A stretch of 64,000 nt of DNA from Azolla caroliniana. Lineage: Eukaryota > Plantae > Polypodiophyta. The stretch is taken from the NCBI GenBank assembly GCA_043228905.1, contig JBHGNT010000016.1, positions 18,166,001-18,230,000 of the forward strand, given 5' to 3'. The notes beneath the pieces were generated by a model. That model was not told the origin of the DNA, searched no databases, and saw only the letters and a list, made by a program, of their open reading frames with translations. Of the stretch, positions 1 to 13,430 are shown in pieces. The first letter of the stretch is position 1, and each line of letters starts with the position of its first letter. A program made the translations under genes and the position numbers.

Positions 1-1500
1 TTGGGACTGGCACGACTGCAACCAACACAGGTCTTTGGCATGCCCATGGATTCCCATGTTATCAATATCATACGTGCAGACCTGACGACAAATGCTTTCG
101 CCCAAGCTATACTAGCACAAATTGATCCCTCTCGAGCGTCGTGTTCAAAGTCGCAACCACCAGGTACGAACTATCGGCAATTCAAATACCATGACGAATT
201 ACTCTTCTTTAAAGAACTTCTGTATGTTCCTAATGGTTCTTGCCACCTTCGAGTAGTACAAAACTATCATGACACATATACAGATGGGCATTTTGGTAGT
301 ACTAAAACATTAGATTTAGTACCACGATCATTCTGGTGGCCCCATATGCGACAATTTGTCGAATATTTTGTTCGGACTTGTGATACATGCTGCAAAACGA
401 AAATGCCAAGGCATCATCCATATGGTTTATTAGAACCATTACCAATTCCAAGCAAGTCGTGGCAATCCATTGCTCTAGACTTCATCACAGATCTTCCAAT
501 CTCTAAGGGGTTCAATGCGATTCTAACAGTGGTAGATCAATATACGAAGATGGCTCATTTCTTGCCATCAACTAAGGAAATTTCCAATGGAGACACCGCC
601 GAAATTGTCATGCGTGAAGTATGTGGGCATTATGGACTTCCCAATAGTATCATCAGCGACCATGGACCCCAGTTCGTGTCCAAATTTTGGAAGCACCTTT
701 TTAAAATGCTCAAGGTCACTTGTAACCTCTCCTCCGGCTACCACCCACAAACCGACGGCCAAGCCGAACGAACAAATCAAACGCTGGAGCAGTATCGACG
801 GTGCTTTCTCAGCTATCATCAAGATGACTGGGCATATATTCTCTACTTCGCCGAATTTTCCTATAATAACTCTATCCACACATCGAATAAAGATATTGCA
901 TTTTATGCTTATACGGAATGTCACCCCCGGTGGTGTGTACTTGAAACCCTAGAGGTGTCCACAAATCCTTGCGTGGAGGATCGTTTGGAGCGATTACGCA
1001 AGAGACAAGAGGATTTATCTACTCATCCCCAACAAGGTCAACAAACACACAAGGTTTATGCGGATCGTCATCAACTCCCATCCACTTTTAACATTGGAGA
1101 TCGGGTATGGCTACTACGATGACACATCAAGACTACTTGCCCATGTGAGAAGTTAGATTATCGGCGATTTGGTTCTTTCCATATTATAGGAAAGATTAAT
1201 GATGTCGCTTTCCGTCTCGATCTACCTCCGCAACTTCGGATACATCCGGTGTTTCATAGTTCTCTCCTCGAACCCTATCAAGAGAGCACCATCCCAGGAC
1301 GTATTACACAGCCTCCACCCCCGATCGAGCTTGAAGATGGACCTCAGTACGAGGTTGCCGGCATCCTTGATTCCAAGATTGTTTGCAACAAGCTCTACTA
1401 CCTAGTTGATTGGCTAGGATATAGTCCCAGCGAGCGTACTTGGGAACCGATAGAGAATGTCACCAATGCTCGTGCTCTTCTTGAAGACTTCTATCGTTAA
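1..1500 (+). pseudogene. 3' part of Ty3/gypsy chromovirus pol (integrase + chromodomain), decayed
   Basis: ORF 1-1122 has the integrase HHCC (GHFG..CDTC) and core (DFITDLP, SDHGPQF, PQTDGQAE). 1249-1500 has VFH(S)SLLEPY and chromodomain YEV..ILDS..YYLVDWLGY..ERTWEP. In-frame stops are present. Confidence 0.93.
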
Positions 1501-1567
1501 TATCTAGAAAAACCGGGTCCTCAATCCAAAACGACTCATTACACTCGTCGTTTTAAAGGGGGGATAT

Positions 1568-1867
1568 TGTCATGATATGGCAAGACTCGAACCCATGACC
1601 TTATGCTACATGGGTCGAGCTCTTGACCATTAGACCATACATTGTAATATGTAAAATATTATTTTCATTTATATTTTATTATAAAAAATTGATGTATATT
1701 CCAAATTTCTCTAGAACATTCTAGAAACTTCAGGAGGATTCCTTAGAACACTATAAAAGGAGGCACAAGGGATTATTTCCAACCAAATCGGTTCAACGCC
1801 AGTCTTAAGCCTCCCAACTACTACTGTACATTCTCTTCATGTAATATATATGTTTTCTTATCATCAC

Positions 1868-1918
<51 letters not shown>

Positions 1919-2022
1919 TCCTCTCACTCATTTTGTCCTTCTATCGAGAGTTCTTCACCTCTCTTAGTACTAATATTTCTTTTAGTACTAATTCCTTCTC
2001 TGTCTTAGTATTGTTCCTGACA
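1568..2022 (+). mobile_element. 3' LTR of chromovirus element (PPT aaaggggggga ~1555-1564)
   Basis: TGTCA...TGACA termini directly after a polypurine tract; TATA (ctataaaagg) at ~1751; (CT)n tract ~1871-1915. Confidence 0.85.
1578..1640 (-). promoter_or_regulatory. tRNA-like Pol III A/B-box cassette inside LTR
   Basis: Minus strand reads TGGTCTAATGG (A box)...GGTTCGAGTC (B box) with tRNA-like spacing. Confidence 0.6.
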
Positions 2023-3051
2023 ATACCATTGTCTCCAAGAGCGAGTAGAAGGGAATGAGTTTGCTCTAGTGAAGGTGCATATATTGAAGAATGGGTTGGA
2101 CATGCTAACGAAGTTGCCGTCGGCCAAAAAGTTGGATGCATGTGAATAGAGAGTCGGATTGATGAAGCACCCCATGCTGAAGTGAAGGGGAAGTTTGTTG
2201 GGAAATAGGTCTCTCCAGACAGATAGGAAGAGCACAAGTTGAACCGGATGGAGTCAATAGGCAATTCGGCCGAGGCAACCGGGCCTCGACCGAAAATCGA
2301 ATTCCGAAAAATCGACCGACCAAAATCAAATGATAATTGATTCGTCTAATTGCCGAATCGGATGAAGCTAATTCGGAGGCTATATTTGTAAATAGCCATC
2401 AATATTGTATTAGTAAATATACACCTAGGGCAATCATTATGTGTGTGGTTCTTGATCATTATTGTATAGTTGGAGTAGGTAGTTGCCTTTGTAACTAAGT
2501 GACAGTGAGAAAGAAAGAAATATATATTAATGTCTTCGAAGGCCAAAATTGGCCCATGAGACAAATGGTTTACAAAAAAATGGGATATGTACCCATTCAT
2601 TGAAAGTAAAAATAAAAAAAAGATAAAAATAGAGTTTAAGCTAAATAGTTCTAAGAAAATAACAAGACTGTTCTATATAAAAAACATGTTCTACAATGAA
2701 AATGATGTTAAACTAGGCCTAATTTCATTTCCATCCAAGTCTCTCGAAGAGAAGCGGGAGGTCAAAGGGTTGTGAACTCTGTCACCATTTGTTATACAAA
2801 GAAGAGTTCAAGGTTGTTGCCTTGAATCTTCTTGTTGTACTCCTCCCCTTATAGTGATTTGTTTCTTTGGGGTTTGTGGACCCAAGTGATTTTTCCCTTT
2901 CGGGGTTTCCACGTAAAACATCCGGCGTCTCTCTGTTCTCTCATTTTGTGTATTTTCTATTATCTGTGTTTGTCTGTGCACTATCTTACTTCATTCTTTG
3001 TACCTGAATATACATACGAGAAACCGGTTGTGGCCAATTACGATCCCAACA
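2023..3051 (+). mobile_element. 3' end of Ty1/copia (RNase H tail, PPT ~2184-2193, LTR 2196-3051)
   Basis: KVHIEENGLDMLTK-like RNase H end; gaaggggaag PPT; LTR termini TGTTGGGA...TCCCAACA. Confidence 0.8.
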
Positions 3052-4257
3052 AACTGTGGGAACTATGGAGATGAACCTAAGCCAGCTACAACTAACCAAT
3101 TATGTGTTCAGTCTACAGAAAATGTAAGGACTCAACACAGATAGATGACAACACAGAACACAGAGTATCAGCAAAACAAAATTCGATTATCAAGGAAACG
3201 CTTGATATAGTAGTATTCCATTTATTTTTATAGACTTCCCATGTCCCTTTTTATAGGGATCATGGATGGTTATGAACGGATATTTTCTATTTTTACTTCT
3301 TGCTTTCTTTATTGCTTCGCTTGGCCCCAACTACTTTTTGTTCGGCCCATAACCGCGTCTCGGCCCTTTCAGACCTAGTCATCCAAACCGGCCAACAGAT
3401 TATTGTTTATTAGTGGGTTTTTGGTGCCATTGTGAATAGTCTCGTGATTTTTCCCTACATTGTGGTTTTCCACATAAATCTTGTGTCTCCTTGATCATTT
3501 GTTTGTTAGTGTTTAGGTGTGGAGTTTCTTGCTGAATTGTTGTCCAGATCAGTTTTGTTTGATTACTATCTTCTATTTTACAACACAAGTGGGGAAACAA
3601 TTTGTTACATTTAGTGTGGAGTTTGATAAGAAATATGCGGAATAATCTTCGGCCACAACCGAAGCTTAGATCACTTGATGACAATCAAACACAGAAGAAA
3701 TGGGAAATGGAGGTAAGTACACAAACTGAAAGAGAATACACAGGATGTTAACGTGGAAAACCCTGAGAGGGAAAAACCACGGGAGTCCACAGATTCCAAA
3801 CTGTTGAGAGACAAGCTCAACATCGGCCAGATCGGCTAAAGAAGCCAAGGACCGGATCGGTTGGGACCGATCGGTTAGGCCGAGTGCGTAAACCGGGAGG
3901 TCGTTAGGAAAGATATTCCGTGAGGAATATATTTGGGAGTTAGAGTAGGAGCTCTTGATGAGCATTGAAGTACTGTCAGTACTTCAGTCAGTCCTTCTAG
4001 GGCTTGTATAAAAGTGTTCACTGAGCACGTCTTATGTACAGACTGAGTATTATTGTTGAATATATTTCTTGTGTTCTCTCTCTATCTCTCCTGCGTATAT
4101 CGTGTAAGCCCAAGCTCTCCATTGAACCTGAGTTTCCTCCCTTCTGTTCGGTCTTCATACTTGCTTCCGCACGCTACTTTTTACATGCTATCAGAGTGCG
4201 AGGGTTGAGAACCTCTCTGCAGCCGACACAGCTTGACAAAGAAGAACAAGAAGAACG

Positions 4258-6151
4258 ATGGATAGAGGCATGGCGAGCTCGCTTCCAACAGAGAAGCTCG
4301 ACAGAACCAACTACGCGTCTTGGTCCTACAAGATGCACCAGTACTTGCTCGGGCACGGCTACTGGAGTTATGTCGAAGGAGCTAATGACGCGGCACCCGA
4401 ATCGACACACAGAGACTTCCCGTCGTCGGAGCAATCGGCGAGCAGGGTATTATACTGCTTCGCGTCGTGTGTGGGTGAACAGGTATTGAGCTATGTTCGG
4501 GATGCAAAGACGCCGGAGGGTGTGTGGGAAAATCTGAAGAAGATTTTCGCCGCAAGCACCACAGCCAGGAAGCTTCAGCTCCGACAGGAGTTGAGCAACC
4601 TACGACAACGCGACTTGTCGGTGGCGGACTATACCTCGAAGATCAAGGATATCTGGGACTCCCTCGCCTCCATAGATGTGAACATCGAGGAGAGTGACAT
4701 GGTCCAGATCTGTCTCGGAGGTTTGGCGTCGAAGTTCGGAGCGTTCCGAACGGTTGTGTGTACCCGGGAGAATACGCCGTCCTTTTTCGACTTACAGTTG
4801 ATGCTCCTGGTAGAGGCGAACCACACGGGTGCGTCGACGAGCACGCACACCGACAAAAAGATGTTGTACACGGAGGGAGAAAGGACCTGTGGTCGTGGCG
4901 GACGAGGCGAGTTAGTACGCAATGGAGGCAGCCGACGAGATCAAGGAAGAAGGCACCGAAGTGATGCCGACAGCAACTCCGGACCCTCCAGAAACAGGGG
5001 GAGTCAAAGCGATGAGAACCGGCAAGGGAATTCCATCGCGGAGTGTTGGTCCTGTGGCAAGAAAGGCCATAGAGAAAGTGAGTGCTGGAAGAAGCGCGCC
5101 GATTCGGAGAGAATTGGTTCCAGGAGCGGCTCCAGACATACCGACAAGGGAAATCGGCAGCGATCGCACTATGCCGAAGACTCCGGGAGAGTCGGAGAAG
5201 GGACTGTCTTCGTGACGAGACAGGAAGCAAACTCAATGAAACAGACCACCCCGAGATCGGACGAGGTGTGGTACGTAGACTCCGGCGCGTCAAACCACAT
5301 GACGAGCCATAAGGAGTGGTTCTCGTACCTAGAAAAACCGATACAACCTGGAGTAGTCGCAACAGGAGACGACACTCCGCATCCGATCGCGAATGTCGGA
5401 GAAGTTCCCCTTAGCCATGTCGGGCAGAAAGGGAAACTCATGAACCTGTTGCACGTCCCGACAATCACGAAAAACTTAGTCTCGGTCGGAAAGATCGTCG
5501 ACCAAGGGATGGAGGTTCGGTTTACACATCTCGGGTGCTTCATTGAGGAAGAAGGCCGTGTGATTGCGCAAGGGCGCAGAGACAGGAGGATGTTCATCCT
5601 CGACTCCACTGACGGCGGCACCGCAATGTTCGCGAAGGGACAAAAGACCGAGTCGGACATCGACTTGTGGCACAAGCGGATAGGCCACGTCAACCACCAA
5701 CGGCTTCAAGATCTGCAATCGAAACAGGTAGTATTCGGATTGCCCAAATTTAGTGGCCGAAAGGCACAAATTTGTGAAGCCTGCCAGTTCGGGAAGCAAC
5801 ACCGACTTCCTTTCCCCAACGAGCGAAACTAGAGCCGGAACAAGCTCGACCTTATACACTCCGATGTGTGCGGGCCGGCACAAAACGTTAGTCTTGGCGG
5901 GAGCCGATATTTCGTCTCCTTCATCGACGACCACACGCGGCACACGTGGATCTACCTCATTGAGAGGAAGAGCGAAGTCTTCGACTGTTTCTGTGACCTC
6001 AAAGGGTTCGTGGAAACGGAAACCGGACGGAAGATCAAGTGCCTGCGATCGGATGGCGGAAAAGAGTACTTTCCGGTCAATTCAACGGTTATCTACAACA
6101 AATGGGAATTCGTCGCGAATTCAGTTGTAGATACACGCTAGAGCAGAACGG
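4258..6151 (+). pseudogene. Copia gag-protease-integrase (5' part)
   Basis: Zn knuckle CWSCGKKGHRESEC; protease WYVDSGASNHM; LWHKRIGH..CEAC; RSDGGKEY; stop at 5830-5832. Confidence 0.92.
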
Positions 6152-7280
6152 TGTCGTGAAGATCCATCACTACGCACGGATCGTGAGGCGGAACCGCCGG
6201 GGTTCTGGACCAGAAGGATTTAGAGTCGATACAAGCTTTGGCAAGAAAGTACTTAAGATAGATTGGGAAAGAGAGAAGTTGAGATTACACGATTGATTTG
6301 AAAACGAATTTCTTCCTCTTAATTTTCATAAAAAAAACCATGTTTTTCTCCTCCCCCTTCCCTCTTTTATAGATGCTCCCATGCATATGATGCATGTGAG
6401 GGTACAAGACATGCATAAATTGCATGTTTGCCATTTGGCGCTTAAGTATTACATGTGGTGCATGCTAACCATGTCACTCATTTTAGCACTCATGGATGAG
6501 AATTTACATGTAAAAGTACAATGATAGAAATATAATTTTAACTAAATACCATGGCTTAATGGTAAGCCATTTGACTCCTAACTTGGAGGTGCAAGGTTCA
6601 AATCCATACTTGCCCTCCTTGTATATGTAAATATGTACATATTTTTATATATTTATTTTATCTAGTCGCCGGTTCGCCGGATGCCGACGCCGTCGCAGGA
6701 TACCGGTGCCGCCGCCGGATGCTGCCGCTGGATGCCGACGCCGGATACCGACGCCGACACTGAATATCGGTGCCGCATGCCGCCGCCGGATTGCGGTCGG
6801 ATGCCGTCGGATCACCGGCTCCATCGCCGGTCCGGTTTTGGTTGCCCAAAACCCTTTTCGAGTAGCTAGCCACCTCCACTCTAAGTTCAAGTTACCTTGA
6901 GCTCTCTATGCTCCACACATAGACACAAAGATAATATCTTTTGCTCCACCTTATATATGATGAGAGCCGTATTTGTCGTGCCTATGTGGGATATCTCACA
7001 ATTTTCTCTTTTCTTTTCACAAACTTTATACCCTCATATCTTGACATTTAGTTGTCCATTTCTCGTGTAATAAAGTGCATTCGAAACCTCCATCATTTTG
7101 TACTTAGATATTAAAATGTTATCTTCACAATTATTGTATTACGTGATTCATACTCGATTTTGTACGTTTTATGGGATTTTCACACTATTGCCGAAAATCT
7201 TCACGACATCCACCCCCACCAAACCGCACGTCCTCCGGTACGTGCCAAGAAGAGAAGAAGTGAGATTTCAACTACGATGA

Positions 7281-10200
7281 TCAATTAGATTCCTCCATGT
7301 CTTCATTTTCATCCGGCCTATTATGTTCATCGTCGAGGTAATCGAGGTCAGGATCCTTGTCTTGTCTTTTCTTGAAAAGCTTTACTCTTTTTCCCGCAAT
7401 GGGTACGGCCAACCTTGATCCGTCTAGTTCCGCAAGGTGGTATGTGGCATTATCGTTGGCACTTGTCACCACATACGGCCCGAACCATCTTCTTGCAAAC
7501 TTCCTTGTTGTACTATGTTGATTGTCAAGGGTGCTGCCGTAAACCAAAACCCAATCCCCTTCTTCAATCTTCTTGGGACGAAGTCGATGCGTGTTGTCGA
7601 ACTGAACTTTGTTCTTTACTCGGGCTGCCTTCATCATCTTTCGCGCTTTTTCTAAATCTTGAGGTCTTCTTTCAAGTTGCCTTATCCGCGCCGCTAATAA
7701 CTCTTCTCGGCTCATCTCGTTCTCCCACGATATCGCTACCCATGAGGCGATCGTCCTTTTGATGGGCATAATCGGCTTTTGTCCATACATAAGCTCTATC
7801 GGCATATACCCTGTCACCGAGCTATGTGTCGTTCTATCGGCCCACAAGGCATAGGGTAATAGTTGTGGCCAATTCCCGACTCGACCGTTGCATGCCCGTA
7901 CGATGGCTTTAACGATAGGTCCATGCCCTCGCTCGATCTTCCCATTTGCTTCCGGATTGTAGGCAGTCGTGAGGGAGAGCTTCACGCCTAGTCTTTCGAA
8001 GAGCTCCGTCGCTTCATGCGCGTCCAACTCCCCTCGGTCGGCCACTATCTTCCCTACACATCCATATCGGCAAACAACATCTTCAAGTAAAAATTTACAA
8101 ACGGCTGAAGTCGTCTTATTTGTCAAGGCTCGTCCTTCCACTTGATTTGTCAGGTCTTCCCTTGCGAGCGCTAAGTACTTTATTTGTCCCACTCCCATTG
8201 GCATCGAGACCAGATCCACCATCCATTTGAAGTGAATGGTGAGTGGGTATGTCGGCTTTAACTCATCACGATGACGTATATTTGAATATATTTGGCAAGT
8301 TTCACATGTGGAAACGAAATGGAGTACATCTTTGTACATGCTTGGCCACCAGTACTTCTCCTTCAATTTTTCGAACGTCGCCCATGTTCCTCTATGACCT
8401 GCCCAAGCACTCTCGTGGAATTCGGTCATCAGCGTCTCTTGCTCTTCTTTCTTTACCACCACTCGACGTGGTATTCCTATCCTTCTTTTTGGATGTCGCC
8501 AAAGGAATCCTCCCTTCAAGAAGTATCGATAAGCTTTCTTCCGGATTCGTAGGGCCTCCTCCTTTGTCAACGAAGCATCGGTCGTCAATGTTCTTAGGAA
8601 TCTACCGATGAGTAACCACTCTCCTTCGTACTCGTTCTTGTTGAAGGCGTGGAGGGTTTGCGTGTCCTGGTCTTCTGCCGACAATCGAGCCATCTTGAAG
8701 AAGTCGAGGGTGACATCTTCATCTTCCGAAACCATGTTACTTTCATTTGAAAATCTTGCCCTCGACAACATGTCAACCATGGCGTTCTTCTTCCCTGCGA
8801 TGTGACGGATCTCTGGGTTTAAAGACTTGATGTAGGCGATCCACCTTAGCATAGCAAGATCTGGGGTCGCACATCCCGAGACCATTCCGAGAATTGGGAG
8901 ACAATCTGTCTCTATTATCACTTCTGACCCGATCAGGTAATCTTTGTCCGTCTTCACTGCCGACACAATACCCCAAAGTTCCCGCTTGACTTGGGCATAT
9001 CTTTGTTGCTGTTCGCTGAGAACCTTTGCTCCGAACCAGACGGCATATCGCGCATTATCTTCACCTTCTTGATTGATGACCCACCCGATTCCGGTTGGGC
9101 TCGTATCTACGGTCACGTAAATTGGTTTCCCTTCGGCATAGTCGGCCTTCCTTAGTGCCGAAGCTTCAAGAAGCAGTTTCTTTAATCTTCGCATCGCCTC
9201 TGTGTGCTCGTCTCGCCATTCGAACTTTATTCTTTTCTTTAGTAGTCCATATAATGGTTCGGCGACATGAGCGTAGTGAAGAATCCATATATGATAAAAC
9301 GTGCACGCTCCAAGGAACCTTCGAACCTCCGTTTGGTTTTCGCATTCTTCTTTCATGTCTTGGATTGCGTTCACTTTGGATGGCGAGGGCTTCCGGCCGT
9401 ATGCTCCACACAAGTGACCTACCACCAAGATCTCTGGTTGCCCGAATGCGGATTTTTCTCCCGAAAATGTCAAATTCGCATCTTTGAGCCTTTGAAGCAC
9501 CTTCTCTCAATCTTTCATATGATCCGCAACGAACTTTCTACAACCTTCCTTATCTTTCGATTCATCTTTCTCCTCATCCGAACATCCTTTTATCGGAATA
9601 TCATCCAAGAATGGCATCGTGATGTCCGGAATGCAATCCTTCAAGACTTTATTCATGGCATTCACCATATGAGCCACCAAGTTCGTTGCGCCTTGGGGTA
9701 AGGTACACATCCGCACAAGCCCGATCGGAGTCCTCATGGTTGTAATGTCCCGACTGTCGATCGCCAACTGGAATTGGTCATATCCGGAGTAGAGATCGCC
9801 AATGGAGTAGATGGACCGGCCCGCAAACGCTTCGGCAAATTCGTCCACGCTCGGACCGATTCCGGCATTTCGAATTGTCACCTTGTTGACGGGTTGAAGA
9901 TCTTCGATGAATCGCAATGATCCATTCTTCTTCGGCACCGTGAACCACCTATTGGAATAAGGAGCATTCGACGGTTCTAGAATTCCCATACTCACCTTCT
10001 CCTTTAAGAGCTCGATCAGCTTCGGAAGGTGTGCTCTCGGAACCGGTACCGGTTTCAAATTCCAAGGCACATGAGGCACCGTGAAGATCACCATTGGCTC
10101 TATAACCTTTGAGTCAGCGCATCCGATTTCTCGTGGGAAGAATGCGAAAGCCTTCCCATGTCTCTCAAGCATATCGCGAAACATTCGCTCCTCTTCAGGG

Positions 10201-10768
10201 AGAAGGAAATCCTCTTTTCCAACTCGTAGCTTCCCCTTCGTCTCTTTGGTGAAGTCATGACCTATCTTCTTCGGATCTCTTAAGCTTGGATCGTTAGCGA
10301 CTTCTTTCATCTTTTGCCAGCTATCTTCCGGTAGCGGAACCGCAACTGGCTTGATCTTCTTATCCACTGTTTTATATTTCGTGTTGATGTCAGCTTCATT
10401 CATCGAGATGCCACGACGGTATTCATCGATGATAGCGTACATGTTGACGGAGTTAACCAAAATCACACGTTGGTTGTGAAGATAGCTCAAGTCCACGACG
10501 TCCTCGATTTCGCCGATGGTGTCGTTAAATGAGGCTTCTTCCATAATATGAGTCACGAACTCTCCTTCTTCTATTATGTTCTCTTCTTTCAGCATCTTCT
10601 CGAATTCTTGTATCCGGCGCTTGTGCTTCTTGTCGGGTAGTACTAGTTTACATGCGCCACTAGGTGTGACACATGTTGCTTCTCCTTGCAATCCACGCGC
10701 TCTTCTTTCTTGTGGGGTCTTGTGATTGCTCGGACTATTTGTGCCCCATGCTTCAATAGTCCGCTCTA
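7281..10768 (-). pseudogene. Gypsy pol (RT-RNase H-integrase) with one premature TGA at 9507-9509
   Basis: DLYSGYDQ, LPQGATN and PFLDDIPIKG (RT); VDTSPTGIG and ETDC (RNase H); H..GHRG..CETC, DRGE, GKIERG and RWFGPY (integrase). ORFs 9507-10691 and 7281-9500 are in the same frame. Confidence 0.92.
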
Positions 10769-12970
10769 AAAATCCGAGGATTCGCCTCCGAGACTATCTC
10801 GATTCCTTTCATGATTGGCTCGCACTGTTAGGAATTGGACCGATCTTTGGTTGTCAAGACTCTTTATTCGTGCGAAGGTTGCTCCATTATCGAACACTTT
10901 GGTCTCCATCCAAGATGATGTGATATAAGGTTGCCCTAGGATGACAGGATGCGACGCCGATTCTTGTACGAAGAAGTGTTGATCCATCTCCACATCCCCG
11001 ATCGTGACTTTGACATTGGGACAAGCTCCGTACAAGTCCTCCGTAGACTTTGTTGCCGCACGAATCTTCCATCCGTGGTTTGTATTGATTGGCCATCTTC
11101 CCTTTTTGTAGAAGTCGGTTGACATGAGGTTGATCTCCGAGCTGTGGTCGATCAAGGCTACGACGGTCTCTTTCTTCTCCCCGATCTTCACCGGCGTCTC
11201 CGTTGTCGCTCGTGCCCAATGAGGTCGAGTGTAGTGGTTGTCCACCATATCTTCATCAATTTCGTCTCTTGCCATCGTTATGGCATTCGTTTTTGCTTTT
11301 TGCGGCTTCTCTTCTTCCTCGTCCGATTGTTGTCTCTTTCTCTTTACAAGGTCCACGATCGTGTCATGGAACTCCTTCTTCGTAATGCCAAGCAATTCCC
11401 TCAAGGACAAAGTTACATGGCTATCAAGAACTCGTTCTTCGAGAATCTTCTTTAGGTCCGTCGTCTGCTCTATGTCCGACCTTAGCTTATAGGTAGGTAT
11501 AGTCCTTGTCCTCCGAGTGGGGTCTTCGACACCAACCTTCACGGGCCGAACCGTTTCTTCAACTCGTATGCTTGGCTCCCCTTTTCGGCTTGATTCCCGT
11601 TCCTCCATTTGTAAAGGTCGACTCGTCTCCGTATCGTCCTTCTTTTTCATGTTCCTTGTTTCATGTCTTTTCGATGGGCCTTGCTCTTCTATTCTCTTTC
11701 TCTTTTCTTCGACGAACACCTCGTGGTTGTCGCACATCACCTCTGCGAGTATGGTGCTGTCGTCCACCGGATCCGACCACCCGGTTATGCTTTGCACGTT
11801 TCGGTCCGCAAGCTCTACCTCGTTCGATGTGACTTTTCCCTTCTTCTCATATTCGAGAACGGAAGTCCAAAACTTTGCTCCCACTCTAGCAGCTTCAGTC
11901 TTGTCTTTCCCGACTCTTATTCCGGCCGACGCAGCATAGTGCATCGCATCCACATGAGTCGCATCGGCATCCTCCATAGATTTCTTCATTCCTCCTCTTC
12001 CGAAATTCACCCGTAGGGGTCTTCTAGTCTCGCTTGAGCAGATCATGTTGTCCTCTATGTATACGATATTTTGTCGAATCGCCTCTCGAAGGCTCGCACA
12101 ATCCCTTCTCATGTGGTCCATACTATCGCACCACACGCATCTAAAGGGTTCTTTTCCTTTAGGGCCCCGACGATTCATGTTGGCTAGAGTGACCTTCTCG
12201 AACTTCTTTGCTAGCTCTTCAATGATGTCATCATCAATCTTCTTTTCTTCCACGTTACTTTGTCTTGGCGGCTCAGCTACTTTTGGCGGTCTTGCTTTCT
12301 CCGTGGTAGTCGGTCCCATCAAGTCGGTGTCATCAACCCATTGGCGACGCTTGTCGAGCCTATTGCATGCCCGCTTCACCGCGATCCAGTCCGCTACGAG
12401 CCCATTTGCTTGGGTATCATCTTCGAGAAGAGTCCCCAACTCCCGTCTATCCTTTATCTCCACGGCCTTCAAGAAGTACAAAGTCTTGTCCTCTTCAAGC
12501 AATACTTGGTCCGTATTGGGGAGACGACTAAACATCTGGTCGAATTCGTCGTACACCCTCGAGACGCTCATCTTCTTATTCTTCTTCTCTATCCACTTCA
12601 TCAGGGCATGTCGAGTCATCCTCGTTGAGTCTTCAGTCACGAACTCCGCTAGTATCGTTTTCTCGAACTCGGACCATGTTGTCTTTCCTTCTTGAAGCTC
12701 GATGACGCGTCTTTGGATGTTGTTGGCGACAACTCTCTTGAAGCTTGCGATTTGACGTGCCTCGGACACGTCCCTTTGATTCATCTCCCTCTTATATGCA
12801 TCAAGGAACTTCGTAACGTTCCTTCCATCGAATTGGCCCTCGAGCTCTACGACACGATCAACAGCCTTCTCCACGCTCGCGTCGTTGTCCCGAGATCTCA
12901 TCATTTGCTCGACGATTAGCATCATCCTTTCGAGCTCTCCCGCTTGGTTGCTTGAGGACGCCATCTCCAA
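10766..12970 (-). CDS. Gypsy gag + aspartic protease
   Basis: 734-aa ORF; CVWCDSMDHMRRDC Zn knuckle; ALIDHSSEINL and VILGQP protease motifs. Confidence 0.9.
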   Translation of the reverse strand: MEMASSSNQAGELERMMLIVEQMMRSRDNDASVEKAVDRVVELEGQFDGRNVTKFLDAYKREMNQRDVSEARQIASFKRVVANNIQRRVIELQEGKTTWSEFEKTILAEFVTEDSTRMTRHALMKWIEKKNKKMSVSRVYDEFDQMFSRLPNTDQVLLEEDKTLYFLKAVEIKDRRELGTLLEDDTQANGLVADWIAVKRACNRLDKRRQWVDDTDLMGPTTTEKARPPKVAEPPRQSNVEEKKIDDDIIEELAKKFEKVTLANMNRRGPKGKEPFRCVWCDSMDHMRRDCASLREAIRQNIVYIEDNMICSSETRRPLRVNFGRGGMKKSMEDADATHVDAMHYAASAGIRVGKDKTEAARVGAKFWTSVLEYEKKGKVTSNEVELADRNVQSITGWSDPVDDSTILAEVMCDNHEVFVEEKRKRIEEQGPSKRHETRNMKKKDDTETSRPLQMEERESSRKGEPSIRVEETVRPVKVGVEDPTRRTRTIPTYKLRSDIEQTTDLKKILEERVLDSHVTLSLRELLGITKKEFHDTIVDLVKRKRQQSDEEEEKPQKAKTNAITMARDEIDEDMVDNHYTRPHWARATTETPVKIGEKKETVVALIDHSSEINLMSTDFYKKGRWPINTNHGWKIRAATKSTEDLYGACPNVKVTIGDVEMDQHFFVQESASHPVILGQPYITSSWMETKVFDNGATFARIKSLDNQRSVQFLTVRANHERNRDSLGGESSDF

Positions 12971-13006
12971 GTATTAATCTCGACTTGATCCTTCCTACCG
13001 ACTCTA

Positions 13007-13023
13007 TCACGTCGGGTTCACCA
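13007..13023 (-). promoter_or_regulatory. Primer-binding site complementary to tRNA-Trp 3' end
   Basis: Plus strand TCACGTCGGGTTCACCA matches the eukaryotic/plant tRNA-Trp(CCA) 3' terminus from recall; 8 nt from the LTR. Confidence 0.75.
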
Positions 13024-13430
13024 CTTTATTATGTCGTGAAGATCCGTCACTACGCGCGGATCGTGAGGCGGAACCGCCGGGGTTCTGGACCAGAAGGATT
13101 TAGAGTCGATACAAGCTTTGGCGAGAAAGTACTTAAGATAGATTGGGAAAGAGAGAAGTTGAGATTACACGATTGATTTGAAAACGAATTTCTTCCTCTT
13201 AATTTTCATAAAAAAAACCATGTTTTTCTCCTCCCCCTTCCCTCTTTTATAGATGCTCCCATGCATATGATGCATGTGAGGGTACAAGACATGCATAAAT
13301 TGCATGTTTGCCATTTGGCGCTTAAGTATTACATGTGGTGCATGCTAACCATGTCACTCATTTTAGCACTCATGGATGAGAATTTACATGTAAAAGCACA
13401 ATGATAGAAATATAATTTCAACTAAATACC

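Noticed and set aside
3052-3397. Additional minus-strand solo LTR
   Set aside because: It has an LTR-like end (ggccaaca) and a TATA, but I could not fix the other boundary or a TSD.
4643-12919. Numerous antisense/overlapping ORFs over retrotransposon genes
   Set aside because: These are shadow frames of GC-rich gag/pol coding sequence.
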